From IMG/VR virus record IMGVR_UViG_3300045988_015578, positions 1 to 45,899 of that record: a stretch of 45,899 nt of DNA; one strand, 5' to 3'. The stretch is from a virus. The notes below the pieces were generated by a model. The model had not been told where the DNA came from. It saw nothing but the letters and a program-made list of their open reading frames with translations, and made no database searches. Of this stretch, positions 34,544 to 42,490 are shown piece after piece; positions within the stretch are counted from its first letter, which is position 1; the number at the start of each line of letters is the position of its first letter. Position numbers and translations under genes: made by a program.

Positions 34544-34567
34544 GGTTAGTCACAGTTAGTCACAAAC
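34544..34567. repeat. arm-type-site candidate: tandem TTAGTCACA x2, overlapping the integrase stop codon
   Basis: GGTTAGTCACAGTTAGTCACAAAC also encodes the integrase C-terminus ...FVTNCD*. Confidence 0.6.
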
Positions 34568-35721
34568 GGAACTTTTATTTTCTCTATTTCTTCCCGGAGT
34601 TCTTTCAGGGTTCTATGACCGTACACAGCGTTCGTAACATCGTTCCCGAACGAATGACCCAGCATCCTCTTCCGGTCGTTCTCCCGGACGCCGTATTTTT
34701 CGCACAGGGTAGAAAAGGTGTGCCGGCAATCGTGCGGCGTGTGCTTCGGGTTGCCGATTATCCCTAATCGTTCTAGTGTAGGGTAGAACAGGGCGTTTCG
34801 GTGTTGCGTCTGGGAATAGATACAGAGCTTGCCGTTTTGCGTCAGGACTTTGTTCTTCGCAAACTCGTATATGGCCGAGTGGATTGGAACAATTCTGTCT
34901 TTTCCGGCTGCGGTCTTAATGCCGCCTTGAAAGTATTTTTCTTCGAGATTAGTCGTAAGCTTCAGAACTTCGCCGATTCTCCAGCCGGAGTAGCACATGA
35001 TCAGAATGAGCTGTACTTCTGGATCGTCGGCGTTCTGCCAGAGGACCCGAAGCTCCAAATCAGAAAACGGTGTCCCGTGCTCGACGTCATCTTTTGTTTT
35101 GACAGAAACATACAGCGCCTTGTTTTCCGTGACTATCTCTGAGTAGATTGCGAATTTATACATCTGCTTAAAAAGCATCAGAATCGTGTTTAAACTCTGC
35201 GTTTTGAGCGGGCAGTCATCAATAACCTTTTGCAGGTCCGGTGCTTTCAAGTCTTCAAATGCACGATTATGCAAAGGCTTGCTGTTAAGATACCCGCAGT
35301 GATATGCGTTCTTTGAAGACTTCGACAGATTAGTGTCTTCCGGAAACTTCCATGATATGAATTTTTCATATACTTCTGAGAACGTCAATTTGTGCGTTTC
35401 CGGGTGCTTTTCCTCTGTGCCCTTAAATGTATTGTAGTCCGACAAAATACGGCTTATAAGGGCATCTGCGTCCGTTGTGGGGGCAATCTCAAGTTCTTTT
35501 TCCATACCCGGCTTGTACGTCCCGGCTTTGTATGCTGTGAGAACAGCGAATCCTTTCAGATAGTCGTCAACGTAGCAGATCGCAGGCGGACGAACTGCTT
35601 TTCCTGTTGCGTCCAGCGTTGCCGGTGGGTGCACTGCATAGCAGTTTCTTCGACCCTTGCCGAGATAGCGGATAGACCCGAAGCTATTCGGCAATTTTGG
35701 GTACTTCTTTCTTTTTGCCAT
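34546..35721 (-). CDS. int: tyrosine integrase
   Basis: The catalytic pattern ...WRIGE...HDCRHTF...LGHS...Y, plus a basic N-terminal arm-binding-like domain. Confidence 0.9.
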   Translation of the reverse strand: MAKRKKYPKLPNSFGSIRYLGKGRRNCYAVHPPATLDATGKAVRPPAICYVDDYLKGFAVLTAYKAGTYKPGMEKELEIAPTTDADALISRILSDYNTFKGTEEKHPETHKLTFSEVYEKFISWKFPEDTNLSKSSKNAYHCGYLNSKPLHNRAFEDLKAPDLQKVIDDCPLKTQSLNTILMLFKQMYKFAIYSEIVTENKALYVSVKTKDDVEHGTPFSDLELRVLWQNADDPEVQLILIMCYSGWRIGEVLKLTTNLEEKYFQGGIKTAAGKDRIVPIHSAIYEFAKNKVLTQNGKLCIYSQTQHRNALFYPTLERLGIIGNPKHTPHDCRHTFSTLCEKYGVRENDRKRMLGHSFGNDVTNAVYGHRTLKELREEIEKIKVPFVTNCD

Positions 35722-35776
35722 GATTTTCCTCCTTGTATAAAAACAGCCCCTGCCGTTAAGCAGGAGCTAGTCTGGT

Positions 35777-36346
35777 TTACTCAATCTCGTCAATGTCAAA
35801 AGAATATCCAAGGACTTCTCCAACATCTGTGCATTTTCCTTTTAATGTTACTTTATCGCCTTTGGTAAGAGATGCTACCTTTGATTTTTGCTCGTCATTT
35901 TTGATATTACACTGTACGCCAATGATTTCAAAGTCGCCGTCGGCTGTGAGACTGATGTATTTTCCGGAAGCGTCAATGTTACTGAGATTTCCGGTGATTT
36001 CGAGATATTTGCCTTTGTATTTATCAGATGCGCCCATTGCATTACTATCAAGATCGGACATCATATCGTTAACGGAAACGGCAGTGTACTCGATCGGAGC
36101 AGCTTCTTCTTTTGATTTAGCAGCAGTTTCTTTCTTTTCTGAAGAAGTAGCGGTTGCTGCGCTTTTATCTGATTCTGAATCACTTTCGCCAGCTACAGCT
36201 CCGATGATGGCTCCGACAAGGATTATCAGCACAACCCATTTGAACTTTCCACCTTTTAATTTCTTCCGGCACTGCGGGCAGACTTTAGCATCTGCCGGAA
36301 TCTCTGTTTTACAATATTTGCATTTCTTTGTTTTCTCTTCGCTCAT
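35777..36346 (-). CDS. zinc-ribbon / single-TM / extracytoplasmic OB-fold-like protein
   Basis: CKYC...CPQC, a TM helix WVVLIILVGAIIGAVAG, and a C-terminal beta-rich domain. Its GGAGGG RBS lies inside the last codons of the LytTR gene. Confidence 0.75.
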   Translation of the reverse strand: MSEEKTKKCKYCKTEIPADAKVCPQCRKKLKGGKFKWVVLIILVGAIIGAVAGESDSESDKSAATATSSEKKETAAKSKEEAAPIEYTAVSVNDMMSDLDSNAMGASDKYKGKYLEITGNLSNIDASGKYISLTADGDFEIIGVQCNIKNDEQKSKVASLTKGDKVTLKGKCTDVGEVLGYSFDIDEIE

Positions 36347-36349
36347 GCT

Positions 36350-37054
36350 TTATTTCCCTCCAATGACGTAGTTTTCATATTTTTCTCTTATTTTCGCAAG
36401 TTCTCTTTGCCTGATCGGGACGATCGCGCCAGATACCATCGTAAAAAAATAGCTTACTTCGCTTACCTCGTCCATATTAACTATATAGCTCTGGTGGCAG
36501 CGCAAAAATCTTCCGTCAAGACTCTTTTCGATATCGTTGAGCTTTCCTCGTTCCTTGTGTGATATTCCGCACGTGCAATGGATCATTATGTATTTGTTCT
36601 GGCTTTCGATGTATTCAATATGCCGGAATTCAGCTCTGTGAAAGTAGTCCTTGTTCTTGATAGTAAGCGTTTTTTCACGGATATTTTCAAGAGTTTGCTC
36701 AACAACTGAATACATTCTTCCATGCTCAGATCCTTTAATGATATAATGAACCGGTAGCACATCAAGTGCATCAAATACATATTCTTTGCGTTCTGTCCAA
36801 AAAGTGATATTTCCATAGTATCCGATTTTTCTTAATTTTTTGGCAATCTCTATGCCATTTTCTCCGTTAATGGAGACATCAAGAATTATTATGTCATACC
36901 ATTCACCATCTGAAACATCGTCAATCAAAGGCTTTCCGCTGGTGTAGGTAGTTAATGTATATCCACCATCACCATGCTCTTTTAAATATCGGTCAATGCT
37001 ACTTTTGAAAATCTCAATTCGTAAATTATCATCGTCACAAATCGCAATTTTCAT
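36350..37054 (-). CDS. LytR/AlgR-family response regulator (receiver + LytTR DNA-binding domain)
   Basis: MKIAICDDD...IIILDV...YIIKG is a receiver domain. The C-terminal half is LytTR-like (...IEYIES....I...). Confidence 0.85.
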   Translation of the reverse strand: MKIAICDDDNLRIEIFKSSIDRYLKEHGDGGYTLTTYTSGKPLIDDVSDGEWYDIIILDVSINGENGIEIAKKLRKIGYYGNITFWTERKEYVFDALDVLPVHYIIKGSEHGRMYSVVEQTLENIREKTLTIKNKDYFHRAEFRHIEYIESQNKYIMIHCTCGISHKERGKLNDIEKSLDGRFLRCHQSYIVNMDEVSEVSYFFTMVSGAIVPIRQRELAKIREKYENYVIGGK

Positions 37055-37176
37055 TCAAATCATTCCCTTATGGGCGTTGTTTTCGCCATTTGCAAAAAAA
37101 AGTGTTTAAATATGTTATTTTTATTATAGCATCGTTAAATTTAGTTGTAAATAGACATTTTTAGGTGATTTGTAAA

Positions 37177-37644
37177 ATGAAAATAATCAAAAATATACTA
37201 ATTATAATAGGAGCTGTGCTTTTGCTTAATTACATTGTTTGTTTACCAATGTGCGTAGACGATTATATCCGCGAAGAGTCAGAAGTGTATTCTGTCCAAA
37301 ATGCGTACAGATCTTCTACCCTACATAAGAATAGCGCCCATGAAATAAAGCAGACCATGCCGCCGTTTTTATTCGCCCTGCCACTAAACAGAAAAGACTA
37401 TATCTTTGATGTTACGAATAATTTCTATGCAATCATAAACATATCGGTGTATATCTGGCAGTTTCCAAGGGCGAACATTAGTGGTATAATAGCAAAAAAA
37501 AGTGAACTAATGTTCGGTTCTATTTCCCACAAACCGGGCATATACTGTAATGTAGGTGGTAGTTGCGACAGGGAGGGTTATTTATGGATTATAAAAAGGA
37601 AATTATTGAGATGGTTGAAAAATGCACGAATAATCATTGGATAG
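37177..37644 (+). CDS. membrane/secreted protein of unknown function
   Basis: AGGTGA RBS and an N-terminal hydrophobic helix. Confidence 0.5.
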   Translation: MKIIKNILIIIGAVLLLNYIVCLPMCVDDYIREESEVYSVQNAYRSSTLHKNSAHEIKQTMPPFLFALPLNRKDYIFDVTNNFYAIINISVYIWQFPRANISGIIAKKSELMFGSISHKPGIYCNVGGSCDREGYLWIIKRKLLRWLKNARIIIG

Positions 37645-37682
37645 AAGTGATTTATATATTTGTGAAAAGGCTAATCGGATAA
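37584..37682 (+). CDS. small ORF (32 aa; below the track cutoff)
   Basis: GGGAGGG lies 6 nt upstream of the ATG. The product is MDYKKEIIEMVEKCTNNHWIEVIYIFVKRLIG. It overlaps the 3' end of the previous ORF. Confidence 0.4.
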   Translation: MDYKKEIIEMVEKCTNNHWIEVIYIFVKRLIG

Positions 37683-37691
37683 CATTAAAAA

Positions 37692-37720
37692 AGACAAGGG
37701 TTTGTGCATTGCCCTTGTCT
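37692..37720. terminator. bidirectional terminator
   Basis: A 9-bp stem agacaaggg/cccttgtct flanked by A- and T-runs. Confidence 0.75.
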
Positions 37721-37726
37721 TTCTTT

Positions 37727-38089
37727 TTACTTATTAGAAATCATGTCAATAAGTTTTTCTAAATTGTCCCATCCCTCATCATCCAATCTGGCTAATGCAG
37801 ACACGAGACGGTGTCGGAAAGAATCTTCTCCAGATTTCATTACGTCTGCAAGCATGGCAGAAATTTGTTTGTCTTTAATTCCGGGTACAAACATATTTCC
37901 TTTTCCTGTTCTGAGCCATTCTTCACTCACTCCAAACTCTCTGCATATAGATTTGATAACAGCATCTGTTGGATTTCTTAAACCAGTTTCATAATTAGTA
38001 ATGGTATTTCCCTTTACTCCAATTATGTCTCCAAATGCTGTCTGAGTGAGATTCTGGGATTTGCGCACTTGTTTGATTCTGTCTTTCAC
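37727..38089 (-). CDS. CI-like XRE-family repressor
   Basis: IKQVRKSQNLTQTAFGDIIGVKGNTITNYETGLRNP is an HTH. GTG start after GGAGGTGAGG; divergent from the early promoter. Confidence 0.85.
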   Translation of the reverse strand: MKDRIKQVRKSQNLTQTAFGDIIGVKGNTITNYETGLRNPTDAVIKSICREFGVSEEWLRTGKGNMFVPGIKDKQISAMLADVMKSGEDSFRHRLVSALARLDDEGWDNLEKLIDMISNK

Positions 38090-38109
38090 TTTTCCTCACC
38101 TCCAATGAT

Positions 38110-38188
38110 AATATATCATAAAAAACTCACAAAGTCAATATTTAGTGTTGACATATAACTCACGTCGTGATATTATAAACTCACAAAG
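38110..38188. promoter_or_regulatory. genetic switch: divergent promoters and three operator-like repeats
   Basis: Rightward promoter: TTGACA (38148-53), 17-nt spacer, TATTAT (38171-76). Leftward promoter: TTGACT, 17-nt spacer, TATATT. AAACTCACAAAG occurs at 38123-34 and 38177-88, with a variant AACTCACGTCG at 38157-67. Confidence 0.75.
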
Positions 38189-38203
38189 CAAGGAGGTGAA
38201 AAC

Positions 38204-38557
38204 ATGAAATACAGTCCGCTCGGCAGTAAAAAAATGATATCTCAAACTTTCAATGGTGATTGCTTGAAAACCACTTTTGAAAGAGAGAACGAATTGAAGT
38301 CCGAATATGAAATTTATGTAAACTGGATGAATCCGGATCAGTTAGCAGAAGTTTCATTTCAGTTGCCATTCCACGATTGGCAGACACTTGAAAAGTCTGA
38401 GGTTTGGAAAAATCTGGATGAATTTCTTTCGGAAGTTCAAATCGAATATATTCCGAAGTACCGCCAAGTCCAACCAATTGTAGCGGAAAAGGTTGTGTAT
38501 AGAAGTCTGTTAGGTTCTTTAATTGCATTCTTTCGTGATAAATTGACTCGCCAATAG
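38204..38557 (+). CDS. first ORF of the early rightward transcript (117 aa, no HTH); overlaps an antisense ORF
   Basis: AGGAGGTG lies 5 nt upstream of the ATG, directly after the rightward promoter. About 300 nt overlap 38250..38843 (-). Confidence 0.45.
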   Translation: MKYSPLGSKKMISQTFNGDCLKTTFERENELKSEYEIYVNWMNPDQLAEVSFQLPFHDWQTLEKSEVWKNLDEFLSEVQIEYIPKYRQVQPIVAEKVVYRSLLGSLIAFFRDKLTRQ

Positions 38558-38843
38558 CACGCCCTTTTAAGCATGAATAATGGGTTCCGCTATACACATA
38601 AGAAATATTTACGATTGATATGGCAACTCTGGAATGATTGATGATTTCAAAATGAACAATCAGTTCATTATTATCTTTCAACTTGAAACCAATAGGAATA
38701 AACTCTATCTTTTTTCGAGATTGGAATAAGTTCCATGCAGTTCCAGCAGACCCTATTAACCCAAGCATAAAGGAAACATTTTCAAACGTAATGATTTCTT
38801 TAGCCGATTTTAAAATTGAAACAATTTGATTTATTTTAATCAC
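38250..38843 (-). CDS. membrane-anchored beta-rich protein (197 aa), antisense to the early transcript
   Basis: A long ORF that fills an otherwise gene-free 330 nt. It has a TM helix (VSFMLGLIGSAGTAW) and an upstream extended -10 (TGTGATATACT). The GTG start overlaps its own SD, so initiation is doubtful. Confidence 0.5.
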   Translation of the reverse strand: MIKINQIVSILKSAKEIITFENVSFMLGLIGSAGTAWNLFQSRKKIEFIPIGFKLKDNNELIVHFEIINHSRVAISIVNISYVYSGTHYSCLKGRAIGESIYHERMQLKNLTDFYTQPFPLQLVGLGGTSEYIRFELPKEIHPDFSKPQTFQVSANRGMATEMKLLLTDPDSSSLHKFHIRTSIRSLFQKWFSSNHH

Positions 38844-38886
38844 CTCCCATATACAGGGAGTATATCACAAGAAAAGAGGTGAGTAT

Positions 38887-39042
38887 ATGTCTGAAAAAGA
38901 AAAAAGAATCATTGAAAAGCTGAAAGAAGCGATTCCTAATATGTCAGAGTTTGACAAGGGATACATTCTTGGTAAGACGGAAAGTTTTTCTGAGAATAAG
39001 CCAGATGATTCTGACCAGAAAGAAAGTAAGAAAGGAGCATGA
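38887..39042 (+). CDS. small ORF (51 aa; below the track cutoff)
   Basis: AGAGGTGAG RBS. The product begins MSEKEKRIIEKLKEAIPNMSEFDKGYILGK... Confidence 0.5.
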   Translation: MSEKEKRIIEKLKEAIPNMSEFDKGYILGKTESFSENKPDDSDQKESKKGA

Positions 39043-39043
39043 A

Positions 39044-39373
39044 ATGAGCGAAGTTGATACTTACATCAAAGAAAGCGCAGAAGTCCATCAATTTGCCGAA
39101 GAAGTCGCGAGAATCATTTCCGGCATTCCACAGATGCCAGAGTTCTCATCAGAGAGTATGAGCGTATCTGATGCGAGTCAACTGATCGGACTTCCTGTAA
39201 CATCAATTAGAGCAGGAATTGTGTACGGATGGTTGCCGATCGGCGTAGCTGTGCAGAATAACAAGCCAGCAAAAAGCCTTTCCGGTGGCCGAATCACCTA
39301 CATCATAAGCCCTAGGAAAGTCTATGAAGTGACCGGACACGTCTGGAAAGGCAAAGAGGCTCTCAATAAGTGA
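39044..39373 (+). CDS. putative DNA-binding (excisionase/MerR-like HTH) protein
   Basis: AAAGGAG RBS before ATG 39044. The motif SVSDASQLIGLPVTSIRAGIVYGWLP looks like an HTH. Confidence 0.5.
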   Translation: MSEVDTYIKESAEVHQFAEEVARIISGIPQMPEFSSESMSVSDASQLIGLPVTSIRAGIVYGWLPIGVAVQNNKPAKSLSGGRITYIISPRKVYEVTGHVWKGKEALNK

Positions 39374-39509
39374 GTGCCCCGGAGGGAGCTAGCACCTCCA
39401 CCCCGGAGCTTTGCACCCACTAAAGTACCTTAGTGGATAGATACATTATAGTTCTCTATCTGCTAATTGTAAAGACAAATAAGAAAAAATAAGGAGAAAT
39501 TAGCACGAT

Positions 39510-39689
39510 ATGAGTGAAATTAAAAACGAAAATCAGCCAACATGGGCTGACATCGAAGTAGCACTTGCTACTGAAATTGTCGAAGAAAGTAAAAAAAAGT
39601 CAAAAAGATGGTTCACGGTATGGATTGTGACAGCCGCCGCACTTGTGGCGAGCAACCTTGCGTGGATCATAGGAGGTATCAGTGAATAA
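39510..39689 (+). CDS. small membrane protein (59 aa)
   Basis: C-terminal TM helix WFTVWIVTAAALVASNLAWIIGG. Confidence 0.45.
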   Translation: MSEIKNENQPTWADIEVALATEIVEESKKKSKRWFTVWIVTAAALVASNLAWIIGGISE

Positions 39690-39864
39690 CTTGAAAAATA
39701 TCATCTGTGCCGCACTGATCGGGAGCTTTTCCACGTTCCTTCCGTTCTGGCAATGGGGCGGATCGGGCAGACAGCTTTTTGCGGCGGTGATGAATACAAC
39801 AATCGTATATGGAATTCTCTGGGATATTGATACGCCAGAGAGAAAGGGGAATGGAAATGTTTGA
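39682..39864 (+). CDS. small membrane protein (60 aa)
   Basis: GTG start after AGGAGG; hydrophobic sequence. Confidence 0.45.
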   Translation: MNNLKNIICAALIGSFSTFLPFWQWGGSGRQLFAAVMNTTIVYGILWDIDTPERKGNGNV

Positions 39865-40228
39865 GAAAGAAATCAAAGAGCTTTTTGAGTTAGCGTGGAG
39901 AGTAATGAATGAAACAGATTTTTACGTTTCGTTCCGTATCGGCGCACATGTTCATTTTTGTGACATTGATGTCATGAACTCAAAATGGGAGCCAGAAAAG
40001 AAACCGGACGCTAATTACACTATATATACTGACAGCGAACTGCTTAAAGAGGAATCAGCTGAGCAGTGCAACCTTGCAAAAGCACATCTTCTTAGACTCT
40101 TAATAGATAGGAGGTGTCCGTTAAATGCTGAATCAGATGGAGCTGAAGCTTCTGCCGACAATGGAACTGATAACGACAGCGAACGAGCTTTTGGAGGAGC
40201 TGAACAGGCGGAAAGCGTACATTCTTGA
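39851..40228 (+). CDS. hypothetical protein
   Basis: AAAGGGGA RBS. The 3' end overlaps the next ORF by about 100 nt. Confidence 0.45.
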   Translation: MEMFEKEIKELFELAWRVMNETDFYVSFRIGAHVHFCDIDVMNSKWEPEKKPDANYTIYTDSELLKEESAEQCNLAKAHLLRLLIDRRCPLNAESDGAEASADNGTDNDSERAFGGAEQAESVHS

Positions 40229-40382
40229 CTGGGAGAACCCGGACATGTATCTGAATCATCTTGAGTATCATTGCGCTGGTGGAATCTTTCCAAATGGCGA
40301 GCAGAATCCGGCACGGGGAGATGGTTCTGACAATGTTTACTGTTTCTTTAGCGAGGTGAGAAAAGATGCAGGAGAGAATTGA
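40125..40382 (+). CDS. hypothetical protein (85 aa)
   Basis: AGGAGGTG RBS. Confidence 0.5.
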   Translation: MLNQMELKLLPTMELITTANELLEELNRRKAYILDWENPDMYLNHLEYHCAGGIFPNGEQNPARGDGSDNVYCFFSEVRKDAGEN

Positions 40383-40539
40383 CGAAATCCTTGGTCTGAT
40401 AGACGAGCAGCTTTCCATTGTAGCTGATAACTACATTGAAAGTTCGTACAAGGCAAGAACGCTTGCAAGCTATGTACAGGTTCTAAATGGGCTTTTAACG
40501 GCTCAAAAATCGTATAAGGAGGAAAATATCGGTGAGTGA
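40366..40539 (+). CDS. small helical protein (57 aa; below the track cutoff)
   Basis: GAGGTG lies 6 nt upstream of ATG 40366. Confidence 0.45.
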   Translation: MQERIDEILGLIDEQLSIVADNYIESSYKARTLASYVQVLNGLLTAQKSYKEENIGE

Positions 40540-40732
40540 ATTTGAAATCCGTATTCCGGCAAGAAAGAAGCAGCCTGCAACTGATAAGGATAACCCGGTC
40601 GTGAAAGTATCAACAGTTGCATACAACGCACTGGTTGAAATCTATAACGAATCAACCTTATCAATGAAAGATATTGCAAGTTTGTTGATCGTTGAGGGAA
40701 GCAAACATGTGGTTTATGACAAGGAGGAATAG
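40532..40732 (+). CDS. hypothetical protein (66 aa)
   Basis: GTG start after AAGGAGG. Confidence 0.5.
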   Translation: MSEFEIRIPARKKQPATDKDNPVVKVSTVAYNALVEIYNESTLSMKDIASLLIVEGSKHVVYDKEE

Positions 40733-40734
40733 CA

Positions 40735-41385
40735 ATGGCAACACCAGTATTAATTATTGGAAAATCTGGTTCCGGCAAGAGTACCAGTCTTAGAAACTGC
40801 CAGAATGAACACTGGAACCTTATTAGAGTATTAAATAAGCCACTTCCGTTTAAAGGCAAGATTGACGGATGGTTTACAGATGATTACCAGCAGGTAATGA
40901 AGTGCCTGATCGCATCAAAAGCGGAGTCAATCGTAATTGATGATGCAGGTTATCTTATTACGAATCATTTCATGAAGGGACACGCTTCTGCTGGAAAAGG
41001 CAATGCAGTGTTCGCTCTGTACAATGATATCGGAGACTATTTCTGGAATCTTATCCAGTTCATTGTAACAAAAGTACCGCAGAATAAAATTGTTTACCTC
41101 ATGATGCATGAAGAAAAAGACGATTCCGGGGAAGTAAAACCTAAGACAATTGGTAAGCTTCTGGACGAAAAAGTTTGCATCGAGGGCATGTTTACCATCG
41201 TTCTTCGCTGCATCGAAGAGAGCGGGAAACACTTATTTGTCACCCAGTCCAGTCAGGGAGCAGTAAGCAAGTCCCCGATCGGGATGTTTGACACGTTGAC
41301 TATTGATAACGACCTTGCAGAAGTTGACAAGGTTATCAGAGATTATTATGAATTAGGAGGAACAGGCAATGCAGAAACCAAATAA
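40735..41385 (+). CDS. AAA_24 / Sak4-like ATPase (recombination/annealing)
   Basis: Walker A IIGKSGSGKST and Walker B IVIDDAG; about 216 aa. Confidence 0.75.
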   Translation: MATPVLIIGKSGSGKSTSLRNCQNEHWNLIRVLNKPLPFKGKIDGWFTDDYQQVMKCLIASKAESIVIDDAGYLITNHFMKGHASAGKGNAVFALYNDIGDYFWNLIQFIVTKVPQNKIVYLMMHEEKDDSGEVKPKTIGKLLDEKVCIEGMFTIVLRCIEESGKHLFVTQSSQGAVSKSPIGMFDTLTIDNDLAEVDKVIRDYYELGGTGNAETK

Positions 41386-41977
41386 TTACGATACTACACA
41401 GGCAGCAGGAGAATTTGAACCAATTAAGCTTGGTGGTCATAAGATGGTAATTAAGCAGGTATCAGAGAAAAAATCCCAGGGTGGACTTGATATGCTTGTT
41501 ATCTTGTTTGATTTCGCAGAAGGAGACGAACAGGCGGGTTATTTTATGAAGCAGTTTGAAAATGACATTCGTCCAGACAAGAAATATCCGAACGCCGGCA
41601 CTAACTATATGGTCATTGACGAGAGTGTAGATTATGGCGTCCGTAACCTTAAAACATTTATCACATGCGTAGAAAAGTCAAATCCGGGATTTGCCGTTAA
41701 GTGGGGCGATAATTTCGGGCAGCAGTTTAAGGGAAAACTGATCGGCGGCATCTTCCGTCTGGAGAGAGACTGGTACGACAATAAAGAAGTGAAACGTCAC
41801 AAGCTTGCATGGTTCCGCAGTATTGAAGGAATTAAGGATGTAGATATCCCAGAAGAGCGCGCCACGAGAGCCTATGACGATCATCTGAAAGAAGAAGCTA
41901 TCATGGGAGCGAATCCGGTAGGTACGGACTTTATGAGTATTCCAGACAGCGTACAGGAAGAACTTCCGTTCAATTAA
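41369..41977 (+). CDS. DUF669-like phage ssDNA-binding protein
   Basis: Adjacent to the AAA_24 gene, the usual pairing. It has an acidic C-terminal tail ending EELPFN. Confidence 0.6.
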   Translation: MQKPNNYDTTQAAGEFEPIKLGGHKMVIKQVSEKKSQGGLDMLVILFDFAEGDEQAGYFMKQFENDIRPDKKYPNAGTNYMVIDESVDYGVRNLKTFITCVEKSNPGFAVKWGDNFGQQFKGKLIGGIFRLERDWYDNKEVKRHKLAWFRSIEGIKDVDIPEERATRAYDDHLKEEAIMGANPVGTDFMSIPDSVQEELPFN

Positions 41978-41983
41978 AAGGAT

Positions 41984-42490
41984 GTGTTTTTAATGGTTAT
42001 ACAAGTGGACACAAGGGAACATAAATCAGAATGGGAACGGATTCAGAGTCAGTTTGATAACATTGGAGTGCAGTATTTTCGCTCGAAATTGTATTGTGGT
42101 GATTATCAATCATTAGACAATGCAAAGCTCTGTATTGATCGTAAAAAGGATTTACAGGAGTTATGTGGAAATGTCTGCCAGCAGCACGAAAGGTTCAAAG
42201 CGGAGCTGATTAGGGCACGTGAAGCAGGCATACAGTTAATTATCCTATGTGAGCATGGACCAGATATTAAATCAGTTGGCGATGTATATTTCTGGGAGAA
42301 TCCCCGAAAACATAAAGTTATCTGGAGGACGGTAAACGGCAAAAAGGTAAAGACTGTAATTTCTGACAAGGCTGTTGATGGCTGCCAGTTATATAAATCT
42401 CTATGCACAATCAGGGATAGATACGGAGTTCGATTTGAATTCTGTACAAAAGAAGAAACTGGTAAGAGAATCGTGAAGTTGCTGACATGA
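41984..42490 (+). CDS. ERCC4/Mus81-type nuclease
   Basis: The motifs VDTREH...GDY...IDRKKDLQEL. The start is uncertain (GTG 41984 or ATG 41993). Confidence 0.65.
   Translation: MFLMVIQVDTREHKSEWERIQSQFDNIGVQYFRSKLYCGDYQSLDNAKLCIDRKKDLQELCGNVCQQHERFKAELIRAREAGIQLIILCEHGPDIKSVGDVYFWENPRKHKVIWRTVNGKKVKTVISDKAVDGCQLYKSLCTIRDRYGVRFEFCTKEETGKRIVKLLT

Noticed and set aside
35392-36371. Plus-strand ORFs 35392..35868 and 35793..36371, antisense to the integrase and the Zn-ribbon protein
   Set aside because: The minus-strand genes have clear family motifs and RBSs. The plus-strand products are Ser/Cys/Phe-rich shadows.
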